A DNA stretch of 64,000 bases from assembly GCA_965243135.1 (NCBI GenBank), contig OZ251539.1, forward strand, positions 512,001 to 576,000, given 5' to 3'. The notes below the pieces were generated by a model that was not told where the DNA came from, ran no database searches, and saw only the letters and a list, made by a program, of their open reading frames with translations. The DNA is from Alphaproteobacteria bacterium. Lineage in GTDB: Bacteria > Pseudomonadota > Alphaproteobacteria > MPNO01 > UBA830. Positions 56,823-64,000 of the stretch are shown one piece after another. Both the position numbers and the translations under genes were made by a program. Each line of letters opens with the position of its first letter. Position 1 is the stretch's first letter.

Positions 56823-58897
56823 GCCAGCACCCCCGCGCCGTGCAGCTGGCGCGAGATCGGGCCGCCGTCGCGGAGATCCCGCAGCACCACGTCGGCGACG
56901 TAGCGGTCCCCGTCGAAGCGGATCGGCCCGGGCTGCGCTTCGATCGGCCGCGAAGTTTCGTTGTTGAGGTTGATGGAGACGCTCGCGCCGGCGGGCGAGG
57001 CGCCCTTCGGCAGGATCCTCTCTCCGACCTGCGCGACGATCACGCGCTCGTCCGCGCCGACGATCCCGCCGGCATGGTAACGCGGCATCCTGCCCGCGAG
57101 GTACTGCGCCGCGACGGACTCCAACGGCAGCCGTCTCCGGACGCCGCCCGGCGCACCCACGACGCCGCCCGCGTGCTGGACGCCGAAATCCCCGAAGCCG
57201 AGCGGCCCCTGCCGTCCGCCGGGGCCGCCGAAGAGCGATCCGATCGCGCCTTGCAGGCCCGCCGCCAGAGGCCCGGTTATATGCTGCCGGACCGCGATCC
57301 GCGCGAGGTCGGAGATGATCGAATTCGCCAGGTTTCGAAATTCGATCTTGCCGCGGACCGCGAAATCCGCCAGCGCGTCCTCCATCGACCGCAGCGAAGA
57401 CAGCGTCGCGTCCTCGATCCCGGCCTGGAGGTCCTGCGCTTCCGCTGCGTACTCCTCGAGGAGCGTCAACCGCCGCTCCTTGCCCCGCTTGTCGGCGTCC
57501 GCGGCGGACGGCGAGAACGGTCCCGGCTTCCTGCCCCGCGTCATGTCGACGCGCAATCCATCGCCGGTTTGCAAATTCGCAATTTCTTCCAGTTCGTCAG
57601 CGGCATCCAGCGCATCCAAGTCTCTCAATTCGCCGTTGATCGTACCGAGTTCGGCGCGCAGATTTTTCATGTTGTCCGCCAATGCCACGATCCGGCCCCG
57701 GTACGCCTCGAGCAGATGTTCCGTACCCGGCTGCCGGATCCGAGAGTCGATCTCCTTCGCCTCCTCCTTTATCCGCTCCATTTCCGCCCGCACGCCCGAT
57801 AGCCGCCGCTGCAGCTCTTGCCGCTGCCGCTCGCGGATCTGGACAGCGGAGCCGGCCCCGAAGATGTCGCCTCCGAAGAACGCCCCGGCGGCGGCGCCGA
57901 TCAGGCCGCCGGCCGCCGCGCCCTTCGGGCCTGCGATCCCGCCGACGCGCATGCCGGCATAGCCCCCGAAAATCGCGCCGGCCAGCCGCGGGTTCTCCGC
58001 AGCCCACTTCGAGATATCGCGCAACGCCTCGAGGGCCGCCTTAATTCCCCACGCCAGCCCGGCGGCGAGATCGCGCGCGGCCGCCTTCGTTTTGGGGTCC
58101 TGCAAGAAGACGACCAGGTCCTCGATGGCCTCTCGCAGCTCGCGCGTGTCGTCGGCCTGCGCCTCGAACAGGTCGCCGAAAGCGTTTTTCGCCGCGTCGA
58201 CCGCTCCGCCCAGGGTGTCGCGGATCGCGCGGGCCGTGCCCTGCACCTGTCCTTCGAGCACCTCGAGGATCCGCACCATCGCCTGGGCGCGATCGCCCGA
58301 TTCCACCAAAGCCCGGATCTGGTCCTTCTGCGATTCGGTGAACGTCGTGCCGGACCGCGAGAGCGCGGTCAGTCCCCGTTCAGGATCTTCGAGCGCCTTG
58401 GCCAGCTGGAGCGCCGCCGACCGCAGGTCGATGTCCATGGCCGCGGCCAGATCCTGCACCGCTTCGGTCACGCGGCGGAACAACGCCGGGCTCTGCCCGG
58501 CGATCGACCTGAACGTCAGGAGCAGGGACTGCATCTCGAGAGTGGCCTCGTCGCCGAACGTCGTGACGTCCTGCAGTTGCGCGGCCATCCGGGCGAGCCC
58601 GGGCGTCGTCAGCTTCGTCGCCGCGCCGAGAGACCTGATCCGCGCGTCGACTCGCGCCAGCGCCCGTTCCTGGGCGAACACCGCCTTCGACAGCCGGTTG
58701 ATTCCGAGCCCGGCGCCGACGATGGCGGTCGTCCACAGTGCCCAGCGCCGCATGGCCACGCCCGCCCTGCGAAGCGCCTCGCGCGCCTGCCGGGCGGCGC
58801 GGCGGACATGTCCGAGTCCGTCGCCGAGCCGCCGAAGCCCGCGGTAGGCGGCGGCGACGTCCGCGCGGATACGCAGCGTCAGTTCGCGGTCAATCAT
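56819..58897 (-). CDS. Phage tail tape measure protein
   Basis: LAKALEDP..GLTALSRSG, lambda-type C-terminal EDALADF..GK..F..LANSIISDLARI, YHAGG. Confidence 0.92.
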   Translation of the reverse strand: MIDRELTLRIRADVAAAYRGLRRLGDGLGHVRRAARQAREALRRAGVAMRRWALWTTAIVGAGLGINRLSKAVFAQERALARVDARIRSLGAATKLTTPGLARMAAQLQDVTTFGDEATLEMQSLLLTFRSIAGQSPALFRRVTEAVQDLAAAMDIDLRSAALQLAKALEDPERGLTALSRSGTTFTESQKDQIRALVESGDRAQAMVRILEVLEGQVQGTARAIRDTLGGAVDAAKNAFGDLFEAQADDTRELREAIEDLVVFLQDPKTKAAARDLAAGLAWGIKAALEALRDISKWAAENPRLAGAIFGGYAGMRVGGIAGPKGAAAGGLIGAAAGAFFGGDIFGAGSAVQIRERQRQELQRRLSGVRAEMERIKEEAKEIDSRIRQPGTEHLLEAYRGRIVALADNMKNLRAELGTINGELRDLDALDAADELEEIANLQTGDGLRVDMTRGRKPGPFSPSAADADKRGKERRLTLLEEYAAEAQDLQAGIEDATLSSLRSMEDALADFAVRGKIEFRNLANSIISDLARIAVRQHITGPLAAGLQGAIGSLFGGPGGRQGPLGFGDFGVQHAGGVVGAPGGVRRRLPLESVAAQYLAGRMPRYHAGGIVGADERVIVAQVGERILPKGASPAGASVSINLNNETSRPIEAQPGPIRFDGDRYVADVVLRDLRDGGPISRQLHGAGVLA

Positions 58898-58945
58898 TTT
58901 CCGCCTCCCGCCCGTAGCGCCAGAACAGGAGCATTTGCTCCCACG

Positions 58946-59458
58946 TCAATCGCCCGCAGACGTCGTCGTGGCGGCCGTGCCCGTATCTGACGAGGTCGGC
59001 GACGATTCTTCCGAGCTCGACCGGGCGTCCCGAAGCGCGTCCAGGACGCGGCGAGTAAAAAAACGGGAATTCGCCGCCCAGACGCCGTTCGAAACCGCGA
59101 TGCCGGAGACCTCGTCGAGACGGCCGATCCACGCGGCGTCGCGCCCCGTCGAGGCGGCGCAGACGTCGATCCACAGATCGGCGTGGGCGGCCATCGCGCC
59201 TTCGATGGCGTCCACCCGGATTCGTCCGCCGCGGCCGGCGCAGTCCGCCAGCTCGGCGATCAGCGGCGCAGCCGTGCGCCCCACGTCGAGGGACTCCCGG
59301 AACCGGAACGCCCTGCACAGGATCTCGACCTTCTCGCCCGAATCCGGATCCCGGACGGCGACGGCCCGGTCCGGAAACAGGATCGCAATCTCGTCCGCGG
59401 GGTCCGGCGCGTCGGCCGCCTCGACCGCCGCCTCGAGGGACTCGGACGCCGCCATCAC
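58946..59458 (-). CDS. Tail assembly chaperone (gpG-like); a -1 frameshift could extend it to 58890 (gpGT-like)
   Basis: Between tail tube and tape measure genes; slippery T TTT TTT at 59063-59057. Confidence 0.75.
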   Translation of the reverse strand: MMAASESLEAAVEAADAPDPADEIAILFPDRAVAVRDPDSGEKVEILCRAFRFRESLDVGRTAAPLIAELADCAGRGGRIRVDAIEGAMAAHADLWIDVCAASTGRDAAWIGRLDEVSGIAVSNGVWAANSRFFTRRVLDALRDARSSSEESSPTSSDTGTAATTTSAGD

Positions 59459-60291
59459 GCGCTCTCGCGGATCAGGACCTGCGGATGGTCGCCGTGCGTC
59501 AGGATCGACGCGGTCAGGCCGATCCGCTGCTCCTGGTTGCGCCCGTCCTTCAGATCCACCGCGCCGTCGGGGCCGATCGAGGCGCGGCGGATGTAGATGT
59601 CGCGGCCTGCGGACGTCGGCGCGTTCTCGAGGTAGCGGATGGCGGCGTAGACGTTGGCGTCGGCGCCCGACCGGACGTAAGCGTAGTCGTCGTCGTCGGC
59701 CACGGTGTAGAACACCTTGACGTCGGTCGCGGCCGCGATCCCGCCGGCGACGCCGGGCGCGACGAAGAGCCTGCCGCGCTCGAGGTCGAACCCGAACTGC
59801 CCGGCGGCGTATTCGCCCCCTCCGGCGTCCGGCTCGACCTTGAGCGCGCGGCCGGCGCCGGGGGCGTTCGCGCCGCCGGCCGCCGCGACGCGGCCGAACC
59901 CGAGCGGGCGGTCCGCCGACACGCCGAGCTGGTAGCTCCTGCCGGGCAGGACGGTGATCGTCTCGCCGGCCGCCGGCGCGTCGCCAGCGGCGACCGCCTG
60001 GGTCGCCGTTTCGCCGCCCAGGAAGACCGCCCAGTTGTCCAGGGACATGTCGAGAAGCACCATGGAGAACGAGCGGTCGATCGTGCGCTGGATGTCGACG
60101 ATCTTCTGCGCGGTCGGGCCGTCCGGATCGAACACCTCGGTGCGCTCCGACGCCACCGCGATCGCCGCCGAGACCGCGCCGCCGAGATACCGCTCCCCCT
60201 GCGTGCTCCCCGCCTCGTCCAGCACGTCGAGGTACACCTCGCCCGCGCCGATCACCGTCCTGTTGACGTGGGCCTTCTTCGCTGCCGTCAT
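59455..60291 (-). CDS. Phage major tail (tube) protein
   Basis: IGAGEVYLD...ERYLG, DMSLDNWAVFLGG; position before the chaperone. Confidence 0.8.
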   Translation of the reverse strand: MTAAKKAHVNRTVIGAGEVYLDVLDEAGSTQGERYLGGAVSAAIAVASERTEVFDPDGPTAQKIVDIQRTIDRSFSMVLLDMSLDNWAVFLGGETATQAVAAGDAPAAGETITVLPGRSYQLGVSADRPLGFGRVAAAGGANAPGAGRALKVEPDAGGGEYAAGQFGFDLERGRLFVAPGVAGGIAAATDVKVFYTVADDDDYAYVRSGADANVYAAIRYLENAPTSAGRDIYIRRASIGPDGAVDLKDGRNQEQRIGLTASILTHGDHPQVLIRESA

Positions 60292-60301
60292 CGCTGCTCT
60301 C

Positions 60302-60763
60302 CTACGCCCGCCCGCCGGCGGCCGTCTCCAGGGTTTCCGCGGCGAGGCCGCACCGCGCGCGGTGCGCGAGGACGCCGCCGAACGACACGTTGTCGATGTC
60401 GGCGCGGAACGCCCAGGGCGCCGTCAGGGCGCGCCCGCGCCAGTCGTCGGCGCGGAACGCCCGCGCCAACGCGTCGAGCGACTGCTCGAACGCCGTCTGC
60501 GACTCGCCGCCGTCGTCGAGCGCCCGGTACAGCGTCAGCCGCCAGAGCCACTCGACGCGCCAGAGGCCGTCGTCGAGCGCCCGCTCCGAGCGCGATTCGA
60601 GCGCGACGTAGCCGCCCTTCAGGCGGCCGTCGCGCACGTAACGGGACACGAGGTCCTTCGTCGAGGCCGCGTAGCGCTCGCGCCCGTGGACGGTCCCGAC
60701 GTCCGGGGGCGGCGACCCGGCGGCGGCGATCGCGACGATCGCGGCGCGCAGCTCCGCGGTCAC
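60302..60763 (-). CDS. Phage tail terminator-like protein
   Basis: LRAAIVA...GTVHGRERYA...FGGVLAHRA; position in the neck module. Confidence 0.7.
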   Translation of the reverse strand: MTAELRAAIVAIAAAGSPPPDVGTVHGRERYAASTKDLVSRYVRDGRLKGGYVALESRSERALDDGLWRVEWLWRLTLYRALDDGGESQTAFEQSLDALARAFRADDWRGRALTAPWAFRADIDNVSFGGVLAHRARCGLAAETLETAAGGRA

Positions 60764-61269
60764 GCCCGCGCCCCGGCGAGCCGTTCGGCGACGCGGCCGA
60801 CGGCCGCGGACATGAAGCGCTCGACCTGCGGCCGGGCGGCCTCGGCGCCGTCGCGGAACATGAAGGCGCCTTCGGTGCCGCGCGCGGCGATCTTGCGCGC
60901 GATCAGGTAGGCGACGGATCCTGCCCGGTCGGCGGGAACGCCCAGCTTGTAGCGCGCCCAGTCGGCGATCGGCGCGACCGGCGGGAAGTGCGGCTTCGTC
61001 CCGAGCTCCACCGGGATCGCGTGCGCGATCGAGGTCGAGACCGCGGCGCTCACGGACGCGCCGTCGATCCGCGGCGGGCGCGCCGAGATCGATCCGGCCA
61101 GCGCGCTGGTCACGCCGCGCGGCGTCCGCTCCTTGATCTCGCGCTCGGCGAGCAGGGCGCCTTCGGCGCAGGCCCGCGCCAGCTCCTCGGCCACGACGTC
61201 CGGCGCGTCGCGCCAGGCGCGGCGCAGGGTCTCCAGCTCGGAGACGTCGAGGCGGAGCCCGTCGGTCAC
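60760..61269 (-). CDS. HK97 gp10-like neck / virion morphogenesis protein
   Basis: IKERTP.G....LAGSI, AIPVELGTKPHFPP, IARKIAARGT.G.FMF. Confidence 0.8.
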   Translation of the reverse strand: MTDGLRLDVSELETLRRAWRDAPDVVAEELARACAEGALLAEREIKERTPRGVTSALAGSISARPPRIDGASVSAAVSTSIAHAIPVELGTKPHFPPVAPIADWARYKLGVPADRAGSVAYLIARKIAARGTEGAFMFRDGAEAARPQVERFMSAAVGRVAERLAGARA

Positions 61270-61760
61270 GGCGAGAGCCTGCCGTGCGTCAGCGGCTCCC
61301 GGCGGCTCGCCTGGCGGCCGGGATTGACCACGGCGGCGGCGGCGGCGGCGCGGCTCGGGCGCGCCACCCCCATCTCCTCGCGCCACCGGTCGCGGTGGTG
61401 GTTGGACAGCCGCCGGTAGCGGTCGGCCGCCGACTGCCAGTCGACGGAGTCGGCGCCGATCGTCGGTTCGGTGGCATTCGCGTACGCGCCCGCCAGCTGC
61501 TCGTAGAGCGACGCGGCGGCCAGCGCGCAGACCGCTTCGCGGTCCGAGGCCGGAATGGTGTCGGCGGAGACGGGCGGGACCGCGTCGGGATCGGCCAGCC
61601 GGTGCGGCGGGACGGCGCCGCCGACGGCCGCGCGCGGACGGAGCGCGGCGTAGGCGAGCACCGCCCGGTCGAGCGCGTCGTCGCGCTGGGCGGCGTCGAT
61701 CCGGTCGGCGTCGTCCCGGACCAGCGAGTCGATCAGCGACGCGTAGTCGGCCCGCGGCAT
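61266..61760 (-). CDS. Putative head-tail adaptor protein
   Basis: Immediately after the capsid gene; EAVCALAAA...LAGAYA...TIGADSVD...YRRL. Confidence 0.65.
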   Translation of the reverse strand: MPRADYASLIDSLVRDDADRIDAAQRDDALDRAVLAYAALRPRAAVGGAVPPHRLADPDAVPPVSADTIPASDREAVCALAAASLYEQLAGAYANATEPTIGADSVDWQSAADRYRRLSNHHRDRWREEMGVARPSRAAAAAAVVNPGRQASRREPLTHGRLSP

Positions 61761-64000
61761 CAGGTCACCGCGGCCTTGTACATCCCGCGGTGGTCGAGCG
61801 CGGCGCCGCCGTAGATGTGCCGGATCTTGTAGGTGATCTGGTCGTTCGTGAAGAGCGAGCCCACCGACGGGCTGTCCTGCACGAATATCTGCGGCTCGGT
61901 CTCCGCGTCCAGGAAGCCGATCTCGACGGTCGGCACGTCCATCGGATCCGCGACGACGAACCAGTCGTTCGCGTCGGTGAATTCGGGGACCGGGATCACC
62001 TCGAGCGAGAGCGTCTGCACGAACGTCCGGTCGTTCTCGGTGTTGCGCCGGAAGATGTTGACCGCCGCCTCCTCGAGGTCGAACGGCACGAGCAGATACC
62101 TGGGGCCGATCCCGAGCTTCTTGTCGGACGTCAGCTCGGTCTGCTTCACCATCGCGAGCCGCGCCGCCGCGAGGCTCGCGCCGCTCAGGGCGGCGGTGCC
62201 GAGGTTGCCGTGCGTCCCGTGGAAGAGGGCCACGTTGTCCTGCAAGTCGGCGTTGTCGATCAGGAAGTCGGCGGCGAACTTCGAGACGGTCCGCTTCGCG
62301 GCGCGCGACAGCATCCGGGGCAGCCGCTGCACCGCCATGACGTCGTCGTTCTTGATCGCCTCCAGCGTGATGTTCTCCGTGCCGCCGCGCTTGGTGACCG
62401 CGTAATCCTCCTTCTCGTCGGCCGGCGACCCGAGGGGTCCGTAGGCCCCGCCCTCGGCGACGCCCGGCAGGTCGCCGTAGCCGCCCCAGCGGATGCGGTG
62501 GTTCGCCCGGAAATCCGTGGTCGTGGCGACCGAGCACCACTTCGTCCAGCCGTCGTAGATCGCGGTCTCCCGGTAGTCGGCGAGCATCCGCTTCCGCATC
62601 GCGTCGACCAGCAGTTCGCCCATCGTCGCGGTGCTGAGCGCCTCCCTCAGCCGGAACGCCTCGCGGACGACGGCCGGGTCGCAGCTCTCGAGGCGGCCGG
62701 TGACCTTCCGGTCGCCCGTGCACTGGACGTAGGCCTCCTTCACCGAGACGCAGGACTTGTCGTTCGGGTCGAAGAAGGCGTCCCACATCTTGCCGACCTT
62801 CTCCGCGAACCCCTCGGTGACCTCGACGCGGGTCTCGCCCAGGCCGGTGACCTGACCCGCCGGCGCGATCTCCGCGAGGTAGGCCCGCTCGGCGTCGATC
62901 GCGCGCTTCACGGCGTCGGCGCCCAGGCCGCCGATCTCCGCGCGGCCGAACGATTCGCGGAGCCTGGCCTGCGCCGGGCCGGGCAGCGCCGACGCGGCCA
63001 CCGCCTCGCGCGCCGCGGCGCGCGCCTCGATCAGCCGGACCCGGTCGTCGACCGCGCCGACGGCGAGGCTGCGCACCCGCGACTCGGTCAGCCCGCCGTC
63101 CGGCGGCGGATTCTCCGGCGCCGCCAGCGCCTCGCGATAGAGCGCCTCGAGCCCCTCGTCGTCGTCCGCGTCGAGCGCCTCCAGCCGGGCCTTGCCCAGT
63201 CGCGCCTCCACAAGTCTCTTCATGCGCTCGCGCATGGCGTCGTCTCCCTGTTGCCGTTCGTGGACCGATTCGATGAGGTCGAGGATCGCGCCGCCGGCCG
63301 ACGGCTCGACCACGAGGTCGACCGAATCGACCCGCTCGATCGATTCGACGATGTTGACGCGGCGGCCGTCGACCGTCGCGGACCGCCCGCGGCCCGCCGC
63401 CACGATGGACAGGCCGAGGATCGGCTTCGCGGCGGCGGATCCGATCATGCCGGCGGCGTGGGCCTCGCGCAGCTTCGCCGCGATCGGGCCGTCGGGCTCG
63501 ATCAACTCCAGCACGCCGCGGATCTCGCCGGCGCCGCCGGCGGCGTAGCTCGCCTCGGCGATCCGCCCGACGAGCGCCGAGACCGACGTGTCGCGGCCCC
63601 GGAGGTGGTCCTCGTCGGACCGCGCCAGCACCCGCGCGCCCTCGACCAGCGGCGCCGCGCCCTCGAGCGCGTCCGCCGTGTAGAAGTTCCCGTTCCTGCT
63701 CAGGCCGCCGCGGATCACCCGCACCGCCCAGCGGCCGCGCCGGTCCCCCTCCGCCTCGACGATCCCGCCGGGGATCGCCGCCTCGGCCATCGGGACCTCG
63801 CGGAACGTCTCCTCGACGCGGACCGGGTTCGTCAGGTCGGCGCCGCCGTCGTCGCGCAGCCGGTAGTCGTAGCGCGTGAGCACGCTGCCGTCGGACACCA
63901 CGACCTGGTCGGGGTCCTGGAACAGCGCGCAGATCCAGCGCCAGTTCGGCCCGTCGCCGTCCTCGGCCCGCAGCGTCTTGTGGACCGCGTCGCGGCGCTG
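61760..64000 (-). CDS. Fused protease/scaffold and major capsid protein (5' partial)
   Basis: Frame open to the window edge. Protease-like GLSRNGNFY...GLSI...SVDLVVEPSAGG, then Mu gpT-like capsid (LPGVAEGGAY, ITLEAIKNDD, PRYLLVP, YKIRHIYG..LDHRG). Confidence 0.88.
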   Translation of the reverse strand, partial: QRRDAVHKTLRAEDGDGPNWRWICALFQDPDQVVVSDGSVLTRYDYRLRDDGGADLTNPVRVEETFREVPMAEAAIPGGIVEAEGDRRGRWAVRVIRGGLSRNGNFYTADALEGAAPLVEGARVLARSDEDHLRGRDTSVSALVGRIAEASYAAGGAGEIRGVLELIEPDGPIAAKLREAHAAGMIGSAAAKPILGLSIVAAGRGRSATVDGRRVNIVESIERVDSVDLVVEPSAGGAILDLIESVHERQQGDDAMRERMKRLVEARLGKARLEALDADDDEGLEALYREALAAPENPPPDGGLTESRVRSLAVGAVDDRVRLIEARAAAREAVAASALPGPAQARLRESFGRAEIGGLGADAVKRAIDAERAYLAEIAPAGQVTGLGETRVEVTEGFAEKVGKMWDAFFDPNDKSCVSVKEAYVQCTGDRKVTGRLESCDPAVVREAFRLREALSTATMGELLVDAMRKRMLADYRETAIYDGWTKWCSVATTTDFRANHRIRWGGYGDLPGVAEGGAYGPLGSPADEKEDYAVTKRGGTENITLEAIKNDDVMAVQRLPRMLSRAAKRTVSKFAADFLIDNADLQDNVALFHGTHGNLGTAALSGASLAAARLAMVKQTELTSDKKLGIGPRYLLVPFDLEEAAVNIFRRNTENDRTFVQTLSLEVIPVPEFTDANDWFVVADPMDVPTVEIGFLDAETEPQIFVQDSPSVGSLFTNDQITYKIRHIYGGAALDHRGMYKAAVT

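Larger units (their letters stand above)
46597..64000 (-). mobile_element. Mu-like transposable prophage, right arm (siphovirus morphogenesis genes); continues beyond the window
   Basis: Co-oriented capsid-neck-tail tube-chaperone-TMP-tip-fibre genes, no sheath gene, higher GC, and a TG terminus with repeated binding-site-like motifs. Confidence 0.85.

Noticed and set aside
96-64000. Many long overlapping or antisense ORFs (e.g. 8721..12194, 16501..19401, 22599..25592 N-terminal part, 47926..51357)
   Set aside because: Arg/Pro/Ala-rich shadow frames typical of high-GC DNA, overlapping genes with clear motifs.

Overview
High-GC bacterial window, probably an alphaproteobacterium (map, sfsA and DUF3126 context). 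All family assignments come from motif recognition; no searches were run. There are four parts. (1) 1-6.6 kb: xanthine-dehydrogenase-family coxMSL-like genes, a NitT/TauT-type ABC transporter and a truncated cupin gene. (2) About 6.7-22.5 kb: a defence/mobile island. It holds two near-identical 961-aa fused nuclease-methyltransferase (Type IIG-like R-M) genes that differ in clustered C-terminal patches, and two independently inserted ISAs1-family elements with DUF4338-fused transposases (one intact and carrying a 169-bp MITE, one decayed). It also has orphan antitoxins, toxin/ATPase/IS remnants, an HTH-cupin fusion and a SLATT-like membrane gene. (3) About 22.8-46 kb: aromatic/N-heterocycle catabolic genes. 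These are two UbiD decarboxylases, a second Mo-hydroxylase, a LysR-controlled operon (M29/NicX-like enzyme, DUF4242, two 3-HAO-like cupins, ABC transporter), a Rieske oxygenase and an LLM oxidoreductase. A glutathione S-transferase here has TGA at its catalytic codon followed by a SECIS-like hairpin (candidate selenoprotein). Housekeeping genes follow. (4) 46,597 to the end: the right arm of a Mu-like transposable siphovirus prophage (capsid to tail fibre), inserted into a tripartite tricarboxylate transporter gene.
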